This document shows, piece by piece, positions 44,820 to 54,842 of a stretch of DNA of 64,000 nt. The stretch covers positions 96,918-160,917 of IMG/VR virus record IMGVR_UViG_3300026549_000035; one strand, 5' to 3'. Positions within the stretch are counted from its first letter, which is position 1, and each line of letters opens with the position of its first letter. Position numbers and translations under genes: made by a program. Origin of the DNA: a virus. The notes under the pieces were generated by a model. The model searched no databases and had not been told where the DNA came from. It saw only the letters and a program-made list of their open reading frames with translations.

Positions 44820-45393
44820 ATATATAGAGCGAGATTAAAATTCTCGCTCGAAATTTACTCTATTAGCAGTTGCAATCATCCAAGCAGCTGAAGAATCTGC
44901 AACATAACTCTTCATCTTATCAACTCTACGCTGAGCAGCTTCTGCCGCACGCTCTGCCTTAGCAAGCTCTTTCTGAGCTCTATGCATACGCTTTGTAGCA
45001 ATCTTCTCTGCGCAACGAGCCATGGCAAGGTCTTCACCCTTAGCCATATCAAAATTGTCTCTCGGGTCACACTTAGCTACACCTCTTACAGTTTTGCCAG
45101 CGTAAGTAGATACTGCTACAATCTTATTTTTTCCATCGTTATAAAACTTATACTTGTTTTTCATTTTTATTATACTCCTTTTTCTCATTTTCTATTATTT
45201 CTTGGTATAAAAGACATCCTTCTAACCAAATTGGGTTTGTGAGCCACACATCATACATCTTTTTTGAATAAATTGGTCTAAATCAAACATATTTACTCCT
45301 TTTCAAGACTCAAGACGCTTTTATTTTGCTATTTTAATTCCCTAAATTAATGCATCATAAATAAAAAGATTTGCAGTATACGTCTTATGAAAA

Positions 45394-45468
45394 TGGAGCC
45401 TCGGGACGGATTTGAACCCCCTTTAGCAGATTACTAAACTGCCGTTCTACCAATTAAACTACCGAGGC
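45394..45468 (-). tRNA. tRNA with an atypical anticodon region: anticodon AGU (Thr, A34) with a U31-U39 mismatch, or alternatively a 9-nt loop.
   Basis: GCCTCGGTAGTTTAATTGGTAGAACGGCAGTTTAGTAATCTGCTAAAGGGGGTTCAAATCCGTCCCGAGGCTCCA. Confidence 0.45.
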
Positions 45469-45639
45469 AAATATAGAATCGAGCTATAGGACTTTCACCT
45501 ATAGGAACAATATCTAGGTTAGGTCTGCGCAGTCCCGCACTAGAAAGCCTTTTACTAATTAACCTGTGGGCTTAAACAGTCTTTTTCTAAAATATTTTTG
45601 TATTGTTTTTTCATATTTCATACTTTTAAGAGATTTTCT

Positions 45640-45735
45640 TTTTGGTCGAGATATTGTAAGATTCGAACCTACACCTCCGCCCTTCTCTGGGCAGCATGCT
45701 AGCCTATTACACCATCACCCTAATCTCTGCTACAC
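45640..45735 (-). tRNA. tRNA-like element with a T arm and a long extra arm; acceptor and anticodon arms not resolvable. Possibly a pseudo-tRNA.
   Basis: GGTTCGAATC T-loop and a GCCC-AGAGAA-GGGC extra hairpin; tgg at 45644. Confidence 0.3.
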
Positions 45736-45820
45736 TATTTTAGCATTGTACGGATGCTTATAAAATAGTTTGTACGTTGTAGCATAATCCATATGGCTTT
45801 ATACTCACTACTCGATTATC

Positions 45821-45897
45821 TGGAGCGGCTGACGGGATTCGAACCCGCAGTCTCATGCATGGCAAGCACGTGCGCTAGCCGATTGCGCCACAGCCGC
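45821..45897 (-). tRNA. tRNA-Gly (GCC).
   Basis: GCGGCTG acceptor, loop UU-GCC-AU. Confidence 0.7.
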
Positions 45898-46079
45898 AAA
45901 TATAATGGCATTTAGTTATTAATTACAGCTGATTCTTAATAACCTGCAGTTACTTAGCGCCATCTAACTAAACCAAGTTATCACCATTTTGTATAGTGGG
46001 AAAGCATCACTTTCAATCGCACCCATCATTTAAAAGCTATACCTTTTGGTATTTATATCTATTTTTATATAAATCAAAA

Positions 46080-46695
46080 TTATCCATATCGCCATTTATA
46101 TTTAGCAGCTGTTTTTCGACGACCCGTACAGACTTCTGTAATATGTTGTTTAATAGTTGTATGTTTACAACCTGTTAATTTTTGTTTTACCATATAACGA
46201 GCGGCTTCGTTGGTAGAAGGAAAACTATGTAAAAATTTTCCTTCTAAATCATACATATTTGTAATTTTACCATATTTCATAGTTTGAACTTCTTTAATTG
46301 AAGCTACTTTAATATTATTACTATGTAAAATTCGAGAAATAGTGCCTTGATCAATAGATAATTTTAAAGCTACATCTTTAACACTACCTAATTCTTTATA
46401 AGTGGCAATTACTAAATCATAATCAATATATTTTCTTCCATCGCCCCCTAAAGTGGCATTATATCCATTTTTAAAAGAACGATAATGTTCAATCCAGTAT
46501 TTTTCTCTCTCTTCTGGATTGTTTGTTTCTTCTATTTGTTCGATATGAAAATGTTCAATTCCATATTTTTTCATAGCAGAATATAAAGGACGTTTTTCAT
46601 TATGCTCTTTAAAAGCATCTCGACAATGTTCTTTAAATCTTTTTTCAATAGAAAATTCTGTTTTACCGATATAAATTTTCTAATTTATATCATTA
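46080..46695 (-). CDS. GIY-YIG homing endonuclease; 1 in-frame TAG, unclear (possibly non-ATG) start.
   Basis: YIYKITNDIN-TAG-KIYIGKTEFSIEKRFKEH plus the C-terminal E.YWIEHY...GYNATLGG (track ORF 46080..46574). Confidence 0.5.
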
Positions 46696-46801
46696 GTAAT
46701 TTTATAAATGTATGCTATAATTAAACAGCTCCTTTTTTATTTTTTTTTAGGAAATTAGTAAAAACAGTATCGCCACGAGAAGGCCTTCCTTATGATACCG
46801 A

Positions 46802-46883
46802 GCTGAAGGTGGGATTCGAACCCACGCGGGCAAAGCCGACGGCTTACAAGACCGTTCCAATCGACCACTATGGGACTTCAGCA
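46802..46883 (-). tRNA. Class-II-shaped tRNA (3-bp D stem, 13-nt extra arm) with anticodon loop CUUGUAA, reading as UGU; U73; no CCA encoded.
   Basis: GCTGAAG...CTTCAGC perfect acceptor; ACGGT-CTTGTAA-GCCGT. Confidence 0.45.
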
Positions 46884-47582
46884 TATATTGCGAAGGCACA
46901 ACCCTTCGCCGTAGAAGACTTTCTCCTAGAGTTCCCCAGTCTTTCAGCGCATAATTACTACGAACTAGGTGGTGGAACCATTTATTGCGCCGGCTCCGTA
47001 TCTTTTTTCTTTTTTATTTTCTTTTCATTTTCTATATATATTATATAATATTTTTTTATAAAAATCAATTAAACCTTTTTTATTTAAAAATTTTGAAAAG
47101 TGATTTTGTTTTGGGTTTACGGTTTTTACGCGCGCTCGCGCCGCAAGCAAACCGTTCGGTCATTATTATATAATAAAAAAAAATCCCCTGATATGAAACA
47201 TCGTTACTTGAACCTACTTTATATGCGCCAGTCAATATAACTTGCCATATACTAAAATACCTACCTCTTTTTACATTTCATCAAGTGTATAAAGATTACT
47301 TTGTAAAACCTTTTACCATCGGTCAAAACTTTTCACTATTTTCATATCAGAAGATTCGTTAATTGTATAATTTCAAAATAAAGACGACAGACAAGAAATG
47401 AAGAGCTTTCTTTTTTACTTTATATACAACTAACCTTTTTAATTCCCTGTCGTATTTTTCTTCACTACTGCTCTACCAGCCTTCAATGTCCTACGTAGGT
47501 TTAAATATAATGAAGGATTTAATTGTAAACTATCAGTATTAACCACCAAGCACCACGGGGAGGTTGTTTACATTCGCTTAGC

Positions 47583-47665
47583 GCATGGTCCCGCGTCGTG
47601 GAATCGAACCACGTGAGTCTTACGACACCTGATTTACAGTCAGGACAGCTTCCATATACGGGATA
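47583..47665 (-). tRNA. tRNA-Tyr (GUA)-like, class II, with a defective acceptor/D region. Possible pseudo-tRNA or tRNA mimic.
   Basis: CCTGA-CTGTAAA-TCAGG, long extra arm, a CGTGG/CCACG T arm, ACGCGGG-A-CCA; 5' strand pairs poorly. Confidence 0.4.
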
Positions 47666-47672
47666 CCGTGGG

Positions 47673-48113
47673 TTATTTAATTTTATATTGAGAATATTTT
47701 TCTCCTAATGTCATAGCATTTGAAGTTAATATATTTTGAGGTAATAACCACTCTTCTCCTTTTTCATTAAGAACAAAAACATAATCATTATTTTTATCTT
47801 TTTCACGTCCATAGACAGAACCGTTTGTGCCCCCACAATTTCTTAAACTAACTACAGAATATCCTGATGAAGCATGAGAACCAGTTGCTTTACAACTAAT
47901 TTTTAAAATATCATTTCCATCATCAACAATTAAATCATAATCTTGAATATCATTTAATGGGATACAAACAGTATATCCATTCATTCCGAAATAAGCAATC
48001 GCAGCTGAAATTCCAGCTCGACCTTTATCTTTATTAGTTTCAAATAACAATGTAATCAACTCCTTCATTATTACTTGAAAAATACAACAGACACCCTGTC
48101 TGTTTTTGCCCAT
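47673..48113 (-). CDS. PD-(D/E)xK nuclease family protein (putative homing endonuclease).
   Basis: GRAGISAAIAYFGMNGYTVCIPLNDIQDYDLIVDDGNDILKISCK, a paralog of the ORF at 54399-54830; immediately 5' of the defective tRNA-Tyr-like gene. Confidence 0.45.
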   Translation of the reverse strand: MGKNRQGVCCIFQVIMKELITLLFETNKDKGRAGISAAIAYFGMNGYTVCIPLNDIQDYDLIVDDGNDILKISCKATGSHASSGYSVVSLRNCGGTNGSVYGREKDKNNDYVFVLNEKGEEWLLPQNILTSNAMTLGEKYSQYKIK

Positions 48114-49068
48114 ATATTAGCAGATTAAATCTTTTACAAGATCTTTATCTGCTTTTTTTCTTAACTAAATCAAAAAATAAAAATGAATTTGAAAAATTTG
48201 CGTGAACCTTCGCTCTACAATTTTTATATTTCCTGCTTGTTAGACTACCGAGGAAACAAGTCTGAGCATTAGGGGAGCGACCCCGACACTTCTTGCCCCA
48301 GTCCCAAAGGACCAATTCTCGGAGAGGAATGTTTACCTCCAACTTTCACCCGCCGTTCAGAAGTTTTTATTCATAAACTGCTATCTATTTTCCATTAATC
48401 GTTGCTTATGGGCTACTCGCGCGTTGACCTTACCTTATAGCCTTGTTACCAAGACATCACAGCAGACCCTCTTATTAGCATTTCCTTGGTTTGCAAAGGT
48501 TGCTAAGCCTATTACCTAACAAGGATTCTTCCCCATCTGGGGCGTCTATTATGAGGGCGATAAGACACCGTCCTAGCTTAGAAAATATAACTTGCGCTAT
48601 TTACCTTCGGCGTTTTACTTTTATAAAACAATTTCAATTTATCACTAAAAAGAAATTTCACAATATTTCAAAGTATCCTTTGAAGTTGTTTAGCCCGCAC
48701 CTTAGTGTGGTAAATACCTCAGCACAATGGCATTTGCTCTGCACTGAGTTACGCAAATTTTCAAAGTTCTTGTAAGAAATTAGTGGAAACAGCATCGCCA
48801 CGAGAAGGCTTCTTACTTGATGCCATATGAGAGGTTTTAAACCATCCGAATGGGAGTCGAACCCATCCTGTGGGGAATCAAACCTTGCTTACCTCTCGGG
48901 TTGCCCCGCAACCTCATGAAACGATTTTAAGGTTAATCGAGAACCTTGGTAGTGTGGCGCTTGCCCAAAGGCTTACCTCGCGACCGCAAACCAATCTTTA
49001 AATGCTGGACTCTTCTAATCCTACATCCTACCTCTTTTGGTCTTACACTTGCTATTAAGCATGATGCC

Positions 49069-49145
49069 ATGGCGGGGCCACCCAGATTTGAACTGGGATC
49101 ATTGGAGTCAAAGTCCAATGTTTTAACCTCTTAAACTACAGCCCT
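49069..49145 (-). tRNA. tRNA-Gln (UUG)-like with only 3-4 acceptor base pairs; CCA encoded.
   Basis: Perfect TTGGA-CTTTGAC-TCCAA anticodon arm, CCCAG/CTGGG T arm, but 5' GGGCTGT versus 3' TGGCCCC. Confidence 0.4.
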
Positions 49146-49507
49146 ATATATCAAGACCGAATATTTTTAGCTATTGATCTCCCAACTGATCTATTTGTCA
49201 AATTAATTTTGGCTGACAAAGCAGGAATCGAACCTGCGACGTATAGTTTAAAACTATAATTGCTGTATCGGTCTTTATTTTCTATATATATTATAACAAA
49301 TTTTTTTTATAAAAAACAATTTGTTTTATTTTCAACTAGACCTTAAAGCTCTTTAACAAGTATAACCATCAATGTAACCCTTGTTTGAACTCTCTATCAA
49401 TTACATATCGCTTGGCTAAAATCGTCTAATGATATATTAATATCAACCAGTCTTTTTATCATTTATTATAATGAAAGATTGCTGTATAAGGTCTATTAAA
49501 TTTTATG

Positions 49508-49584
49508 TGGACCGAGTAGTGGGACTTGGACCCACGGCCTCTTGAACCCAAATCAAGCGCTCTACCAAACTGAGCTATACCCGG
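49508..49584 (-). tRNA. tRNA-Pro (UGG).
   Basis: CTTGA-TTTGGGT-TCAAG. Confidence 0.7.
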
Positions 49585-49589
49585 ATATA

Positions 49590-49666
49590 TGGTAGGAATG
49601 GAAGGAATCGAACCCACGACCTCTCGGTTATCAGCCGAACGCTCTAACCATCTGAGCTACATTCCT
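49590..49666 (-). tRNA. tRNA-Ile (GAU).
   Basis: AGGAATGTAGCTCAGATGGTTAGAGCG...CTGATAA... Confidence 0.65.
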
Positions 49667-49795
49667 ATATTTATTTTTTTCTCTTTTTATTTTCTTTTCA
49701 TTTTCTATATATATTATATAATATTTTTTTATAAAAATCAATTTATAATTTTTATTCCAAGGGGAGAATTTCTTCTCCCCGGAACAAAAAGATTC

Positions 49796-50330
49796 TTACG
49801 GCCACTCGCCAAGAGGTTTTCCAAGATTACCACGTTCAACATCTGTGCAATAATGAACGCCAATAGGAGTATTTTCAAATACCTCAGGAGCAATATCTTG
49901 ATAAAGAGTGCTAACATTACCAAAAGCATCATTTAGATTGTCATTAAAAAATTGAACTACACAATTCTTAAAAATAATATAAGTAAAATCAATGAATTGG
50001 TAACCATCTTGAACAGGAGCAACACAACAAGAGAAAGCTGGATTCTTCTCAAAGACGGTTTCAAATAGCTCTTTATTACTTGTAAAAGCTTTATTAGACA
50101 TAGGACCATCAACAGAAATTGTCCAAGTAATATTACCCCATGTTTTTTCAGATGGAAGCAATTTTACTAATGCAGTAGCTTTATTTCCGTTATTTGTTGC
50201 AATAACTAAAGAATTCTTTCTTGCATTAATATTAATTGCGATTTTGGGATCTCCATCAAGAAGTGCTTATACCTAATTGATATAAGTAATCCAAGGCGGA
50301 GAAAGTTTAAGTCTTACATCATTCATATTT
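49796..50330 (-). CDS. Hypothetical protein; 2 in-frame TAG near the N-terminus.
   Basis: Extends track ORF 49796..50161 upstream through MNDVRLKLSPPWITYINQVQALLDGDPK.... Confidence 0.4.
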
Positions 50331-50402
50331 CCTTTTCTCCCCTTTTATATAAAAATTTTAAAAGAGAATTAACTCTTTTAATGATTAAGTAATTTTATTT
50401 TT

Positions 50403-50495
50403 TGGCGGAGCAGGTGGGACTCGAACCCACACGCCGCCGAAACGGTTACTAACAGTTTTCTAGACTATTCCCTTACCAATTAGGGTTACTGCTCC
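50403..50495 (-). tRNA. Class II tRNA-Ser-like with anticodon AGA (A34), G73.
   Basis: GGAGCAG acceptor, ATAGT-CTAGAAA-ACTGT, a 19-nt extra arm. Confidence 0.5.
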
Positions 50496-50498
50496 ATG

Positions 50499-50576
50499 TG
50501 GGGTAAACGGTGGGATTCGAACCCACGATCTTCAGAGCCACAATCTGACATGCTAGCCATCTGCACTACGCCTACC
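50499..50576 (-). tRNA. tRNA-His (GUG) with an encoded G-1.
   Basis: G-GTAGGCG...TCAGA-TTGTGGC-TCTGA; C73. Confidence 0.7.
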
Positions 50577-50582
50577 ATATTT

Positions 50583-50906
50583 TTATAATAGCTGCGATTC
50601 TGTTACATCCACAGAAACTCTTAAAGCAATTCGATCAAGTTTTTCACGCATTATTTGTCTAACTTCTGAACTAAGACAATTTTTTAAAGCTCTACCGGCA
50701 TTATCTTCGAAATAGGCTTGAACAGAACCTTCCACATTATATTCCGCCATAGCTTGTTTACAAGCTTTATTAAGTTCTTCATTAAGAACCTCCTTAACCA
50801 TATCTTTTAAAGTATCTTTAGTAATTCCTGCTTCATTGAGCATTTGTCGAATTTCTTGTCGCATATAAATTTCTTCAATCTTCATATTGCTTTTCCTCTT
50901 GCACAA
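50583..50906 (-). CDS. Hypothetical protein.
   Basis: ORF. Confidence 0.35.
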   Translation of the reverse strand: MCKRKSNMKIEEIYMRQEIRQMLNEAGITKDTLKDMVKEVLNEELNKACKQAMAEYNVEGSVQAYFEDNAGRALKNCLSSEVRQIMREKLDRIALRVSVDVTESQLL

Positions 50907-51126
50907 TAATTTGATTACCGTATGAATCTAATAAAGGTTCAAATTTACCATGATCATAAATATATAGCTCTTTAGATTTTGGATCTACATATACCATGTA
51001 TTGATAAAAACCTTGAGAATATTTGTTGCTTTCTTTTCCTATTTCTTTTATAGCAAAAAACGCAGTTAATATAATTAAAATTATTCCTATAATAGAAATA
51101 ATGATTTGTTTAATATTATCTTTCAT
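50875..51126 (-). CDS. Small membrane protein (hypothetical).
   Basis: Hydrophobic N-terminal helix. Confidence 0.4.
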   Translation of the reverse strand: MKDNIKQIIISIIGIILIILTAFFAIKEIGKESNKYSQGFYQYMVYVDPKSKELYIYDHGKFEPLLDSYGNQIIVQEEKQYED

Positions 51127-51137
51127 AATCTTTCCTT

Positions 51138-51234
51138 AATATAAAATTGGCGGTAGGTCTGGGACTCGAACCCAGACACCGAAATAAATTCGATTACTCA
51201 GAGATTAGCAATCTCCTGCCTTACCAAATTAGGC
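51138..51234 (-). tRNA. tRNA-Ser (GCU), class II.
   Basis: GGAGA-TTGCTAA-TCTCT, long extra arm, G73. Confidence 0.7.
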
Positions 51235-51503
51235 TTAACCTACCATAAATAAATAAAAAGTAGAGAATAAAAAGAAGAAATAATTGTTCCTTGCCATTAC
51301 AATTATCCAGAATTAAAAAACTTTCTCTACGAAGAGTTTTATTTTTTCTGAAGATAACACTATATATAAAGTGATAGCAACCTGCAGCCTGACTGCTTAA
51401 AAAAGGTGATTATCATAACAAAGTTTTTTAAATACGCGAATATTCCAAAAGAAAGGTAAAATACGTCAGGATCTCACTTTACAGGTCTTAAATACAGTGT
51501 TAA

Positions 51504-51580
51504 TGGTGCTTGCGGAAGGTGTCGAACCTTCATCCTCTGGTTCTTCAGACCAGCGCTCAGACCGCTTAAGCTACACAAGC
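51504..51580 (-). tRNA. tRNA-Phe (GAA).
   Basis: CTGGT-CTGAAGA-ACCAG. Confidence 0.7.
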
Positions 51581-51586
51581 ATATGA

Positions 51587-51663
51587 TGGTACCAAAGACT
51601 GGGTTTGAACCAGTGACCTTCGCCTTATGAAGACGTTGCTCTAACCAACTGAGCTACTTTGGC
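51587..51663 (-). tRNA. tRNA with anticodon CAU (elongator Met or Ile2).
   Basis: Loop UU-CAU-AA. Confidence 0.6.
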
Positions 51664-51670
51664 ATATATA

Positions 51671-51746
51671 TGGTGTTCAAGGTGGGATTTGAACCCACAA
51701 AACCTTGGGTTTGAGCCAAGTATGTATGCCGTTCCATCACTTGAAC
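51671..51746 (-). tRNA. Class-I tRNA with anticodon CAA, A73.
   Basis: GTTCAAGTGATGGAACGGCATACATACTTGGCTCAAACCCAAGGTTTTGTGGGTTCAAATCCCACCTTGAACACCA; canonical 76-nt cloverleaf with a 5-nt variable loop. Confidence 0.6.
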
Positions 51747-51749
51747 AAA

Positions 51750-52091
51750 TTAATATTTTCTTTTTCTACGACGACTTAAAAAATCAATGATTATAGGATT
51801 ATGCATTTCATGTGAAATTAGGATATCACCATAAATTCTATCTACTGGAATTGGCATAATAGAAGGATTTTCATTCGGAGAAATTCTAAGGAAAGAGCAA
51901 ATGTTTATAGCTTGTTCTAATTCATTTGTAAAAACAATAAAGAACTTACGACTAACCTTATATTTATTTACAACTTCTTGAATCATAGAAAATTCTTCAT
52001 CAGTGCATACACATAAACAATCTTCTATAATTCCTTTTTCCAATTGCTTAGCCATAATTTCTAACCAAGCTCTATTCAAAGTATGTAGCAT
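51750..52091 (-). CDS. Hypothetical protein.
   Basis: ORF. Confidence 0.35.
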   Translation of the reverse strand: MLHTLNRAWLEIMAKQLEKGIIEDCLCVCTDEEFSMIQEVVNKYKVSRKFFIVFTNELEQAINICSFLRISPNENPSIMPIPVDRIYGDILISHEMHNPIIIDFLSRRRKRKY

Positions 52092-52867
52092 AATAAATCT
52101 CCTTAGTTAAAAAGATTTGCAATCATTAAACCAATCTATATAATACCTACTATTAGAATGAAGAAAGAAAAATTACCTTCTTTCATTTCATTAGTTATCT
52201 TAGAAAAGAATTTTCGCATTTTTTCTTCCCCCATTTCTTTTTATTTATATATTATTTTTATTGCTTTTATTTAAAAACATTAAATGAACTCCCATTTTCT
52301 TGAATATAAGCAATAGTTTCTAAAACAGTTTTCTTTCCATACTTTTTTACTAAAGCATCAAAATAATAACTATCATTATATCCAGTATTACCAATAAAAG
52401 GATATATATATTTTCCTACATCTTTCAACAGAATTTCATCCATTATTATTATCTCCTTTTTTTCTAGACACACTATAATCTTTGGTCAAATACGTTGCCA
52501 ACTGCGCCATTTTACAAAATGAAGTAAAAGTCGGATTCGAACCGACGACACCCTGATGTTACAGAATATAATTTTTGCTGTGCGTGTCTGAAGGATATAA
52601 AAAATATATAATTATTTGGCGGGTGCGACTTTCTCCCGCATCTCTCAGATTGTAACAATATAAACAATCTTGTCATACCATCGGCGTATAGGCGTCGCGG
52701 AATCTTCCTACTTCAAATAATTATAAACGTAAGATTGATAAGGAACTCAGGTCTGCCTTATATCTTTTGCATATGTGAAGAGCGACTTCACGCAAATGTA
52801 GAGAGCCTCTATTTTTTCTACTACAATCTTACTTAGCATTGATTGAAGGCTAATGCTCAATACCTTC

Positions 52868-52943
52868 TGGTGCTCCGTACTGGACTCGAACCAGTGACCC
52901 TCTGTTTGTAAGACAGACGCTCTCCCAACTGAGCTAACCGAGC
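52868..52943 (-). tRNA. tRNA-Val (UAC).
   Basis: TCTGT-CTTACAA-ACAGA. Confidence 0.7.
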
Positions 52944-53265
52944 ATATAAATGGCGTCTTGGTTTTTCGCACTTACGAAGGCTTGCCCATTGCCGGTTTTA
53001 CATCCATTTCGCCTTTTGGATAATATTTATCTTGTCGAGTGTGCAGTTTCAATCACACGCATCCCTGATGGATTTCAGCTTTTATTTATACCAGTACATC
53101 GGCACGGAGTGCAATCCTCCTATTGTTCCATCGTATGGGCTATATTCTCTTCTCGGCTTTTAATGCTTGCCTATCGACATCAGGATAATCGCGGTTTTTG
53201 TGTATACAAAAACTATTGTGTATTTGCAGAGAGAATTTTTGAACCATTACCTCTCGCGACTAAAA

Positions 53266-53340
53266 TGGCACGGCTCATCCGATTCGAACGGATAATAAAG
53301 GATTCGTAGTCCTCCGGTTTCTCCATTAGCCTAGAGCCGC
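53266..53340 (-). tRNA. tRNA-Arg (ACG).
   Basis: GAGGA-CTACGAA-TCCTT. Confidence 0.7.
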
Positions 53341-54121
53341 ATATAAAACTGATAGGTAAAAAATTTTCTTGTAATGAAAATAGAAAAAGATGTTTTCGTA
53401 AAAGCCAAAGAAAGGAAATCAAAACGAAGATTACAAGTTTTATAAAAGACTCCTATCAGAAAAATAGTCTTTTATTACAAAGAGAGGGATATACAGCAGT
53501 AGCAATTCCCTGTAGCCTAACCTGCACAAAAAATGTGGTTAGGATCCTGCCAACAGTTCTTTCTTTCTTTATTTTCTATATATATTATAACAAAATATTT
53601 TATAAAAATCAATTTTTTCATAAAATAATAGACAAGCGCAATTAGTTAATCCAATTTTACATTACACCTAGACACTTTCGAGTTGGTCTGCGTAGCCACA
53701 CCACATCCAATAAATATTTAAACCTACAAGGGGTATATTTATTATCGCCTCAAATTTTTTTAACTAATATAACTTGTCTATTATTTCTTATGTCAGTATC
53801 AAATATACTCCCATCAGACACGATAGAGAGAAACTACCTCTCTTATTTGACTTAACATAATAATATTCACTTAAATTGACTGATGTTTCACACATTTTCC
53901 CATGTAGTTATGCTATTACTTAAATCGGCGAATAGACTTAAAGTGGACTCCTACCGGCGTCATATATATTGTTTCAATGACGACTTCAAAATAAGGATAT
54001 ATCGTTTCACCTTATTTCTAAAATATAATATGATATACGACACAATTTCGGATTCTTTTTCAAGAATTTGGCACAGCTGCCGCACCACGCCAATGCTTTT
54101 AATTATTTTATCATATTATAA

Positions 54122-54197
54122 TGGTTCGGGGTATAGGATTCGAACCTATGACTCGTAGCTTATGAAGCTCCGCTGCTGACCTCTGCATTAACCCCGT
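54122..54197 (-). tRNA. tRNA with anticodon CAU and an A1-A72 mismatch (Ile2/Met/initiator-type).
   Basis: Loop UU-CAU-AA; A73. Confidence 0.55.
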
Positions 54198-54209
54198 ATA
54201 TTTTTATAT

Positions 54210-54286
54210 TGGTGCCGCGGGTGGGATTCGAACCCACACTGTATTGCTTCTAAGGCAACCGCCTCCTGCCATTGGGCTACCGCGAC
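54210..54286 (-). tRNA. Class-I tRNA with anticodon UAG, A73.
   Basis: GTCGCGGTAGCCCAATGGCAGGAGGCGGTTGCCTTAGAAGCAATACAGTGTGGGTTCGAATCCCACCCGCGGCACCA. Confidence 0.6.
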
Positions 54287-54360
54287 AAAACTAGACACTT
54301 TTTTAGCGAAATAATTTAAAAGATTATAGCTTAAAAATAATTGCTGAATGTGTCTATTTA

Positions 54361-54405
54361 TGGTGCGCGTGGCGGGTCTCGAACCCACGACGCCTTGATT
54401 AATGA
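54361..54405 (-). pseudogene. Truncated tRNA: only the 3' half (T arm, acceptor 3' strand, CCA). It abuts the stop of the PD-(D/E)xK nuclease gene.
   Basis: ...GGCGTCGTGGGTTCGAGACCCGCCACGCGCACCA with no matching 5' half. Confidence 0.45.
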
Positions 54406-54830
54406 ATTATTTTATCAAATTCATAGTCTGAAACTAAATTTATGTTTCCTTGATTATTTTTTGGTTTATCTAGCCTAAAAGATAAAGTTTTATGTGTTCC
54501 TATAATATTAATTGAAACTAAAATAATTTTATCCCAACAAGCTAAATAAAAACAAAAATAATCAATATCATTTTCATAGGTAGTATAATGTTTATTTGTA
54601 GTATGGTTAGTGCTACTAGCACAAGGACAAGATATAGAACCAGTATTTTGAAGCTAGTTACAATATTTTACCTAAATTTTATTTAATTTACCATTAAATT
54701 CTGCAATTAAATCATACCTTGCATTATCTCCAAATGGAATTGCTACTTGGATATTCCGTTTGGTAAACTCTGCTAAAGCAATAGCTTCACCTATATTGCC
54801 TTTAGTTTTACTATTCATAAATATTCTCCT
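54399..54830 (-). CDS. PD-(D/E)xK nuclease family protein (putative homing endonuclease); 2 in-frame TAG.
   Basis: MNSKTKGNIGEAIALAEFTKRNIQVAIPFGDNARYDLIAEFNGKLNKIQVK..., with D...D...QxK spacing. Confidence 0.45.
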
Positions 54831-54842
54831 TTATATTTAAAA

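Noticed and set aside
46802-46990. A tmRNA at the 46.8-47.0 kb tRNA-like region, with a possible tag ending AIYAEVP.
   Set aside because: There is no GGGG...5' partner for an acceptor-like pairing and no ANDENYALAA-type tag. The region is a tRNA plus conserved motif copy 1.
46985-47173. Six-frame ORFs 46985..47173, 49589..49936 and 56864..57109 encoding the peptide LFIFYIYYIIFFYKNQ.
   Set aside because: They are translations of the repeated promoter element (TTTTCTATATATATTATA...), not genes.
52747-53309. ORFs 52747..52971, 52950..53309 and 54188..54388 overlapping tRNA genes.
   Set aside because: They are read across tRNA-Val, tRNA-Arg and tRNA-CAU sequences; the tRNA structures explain the region.
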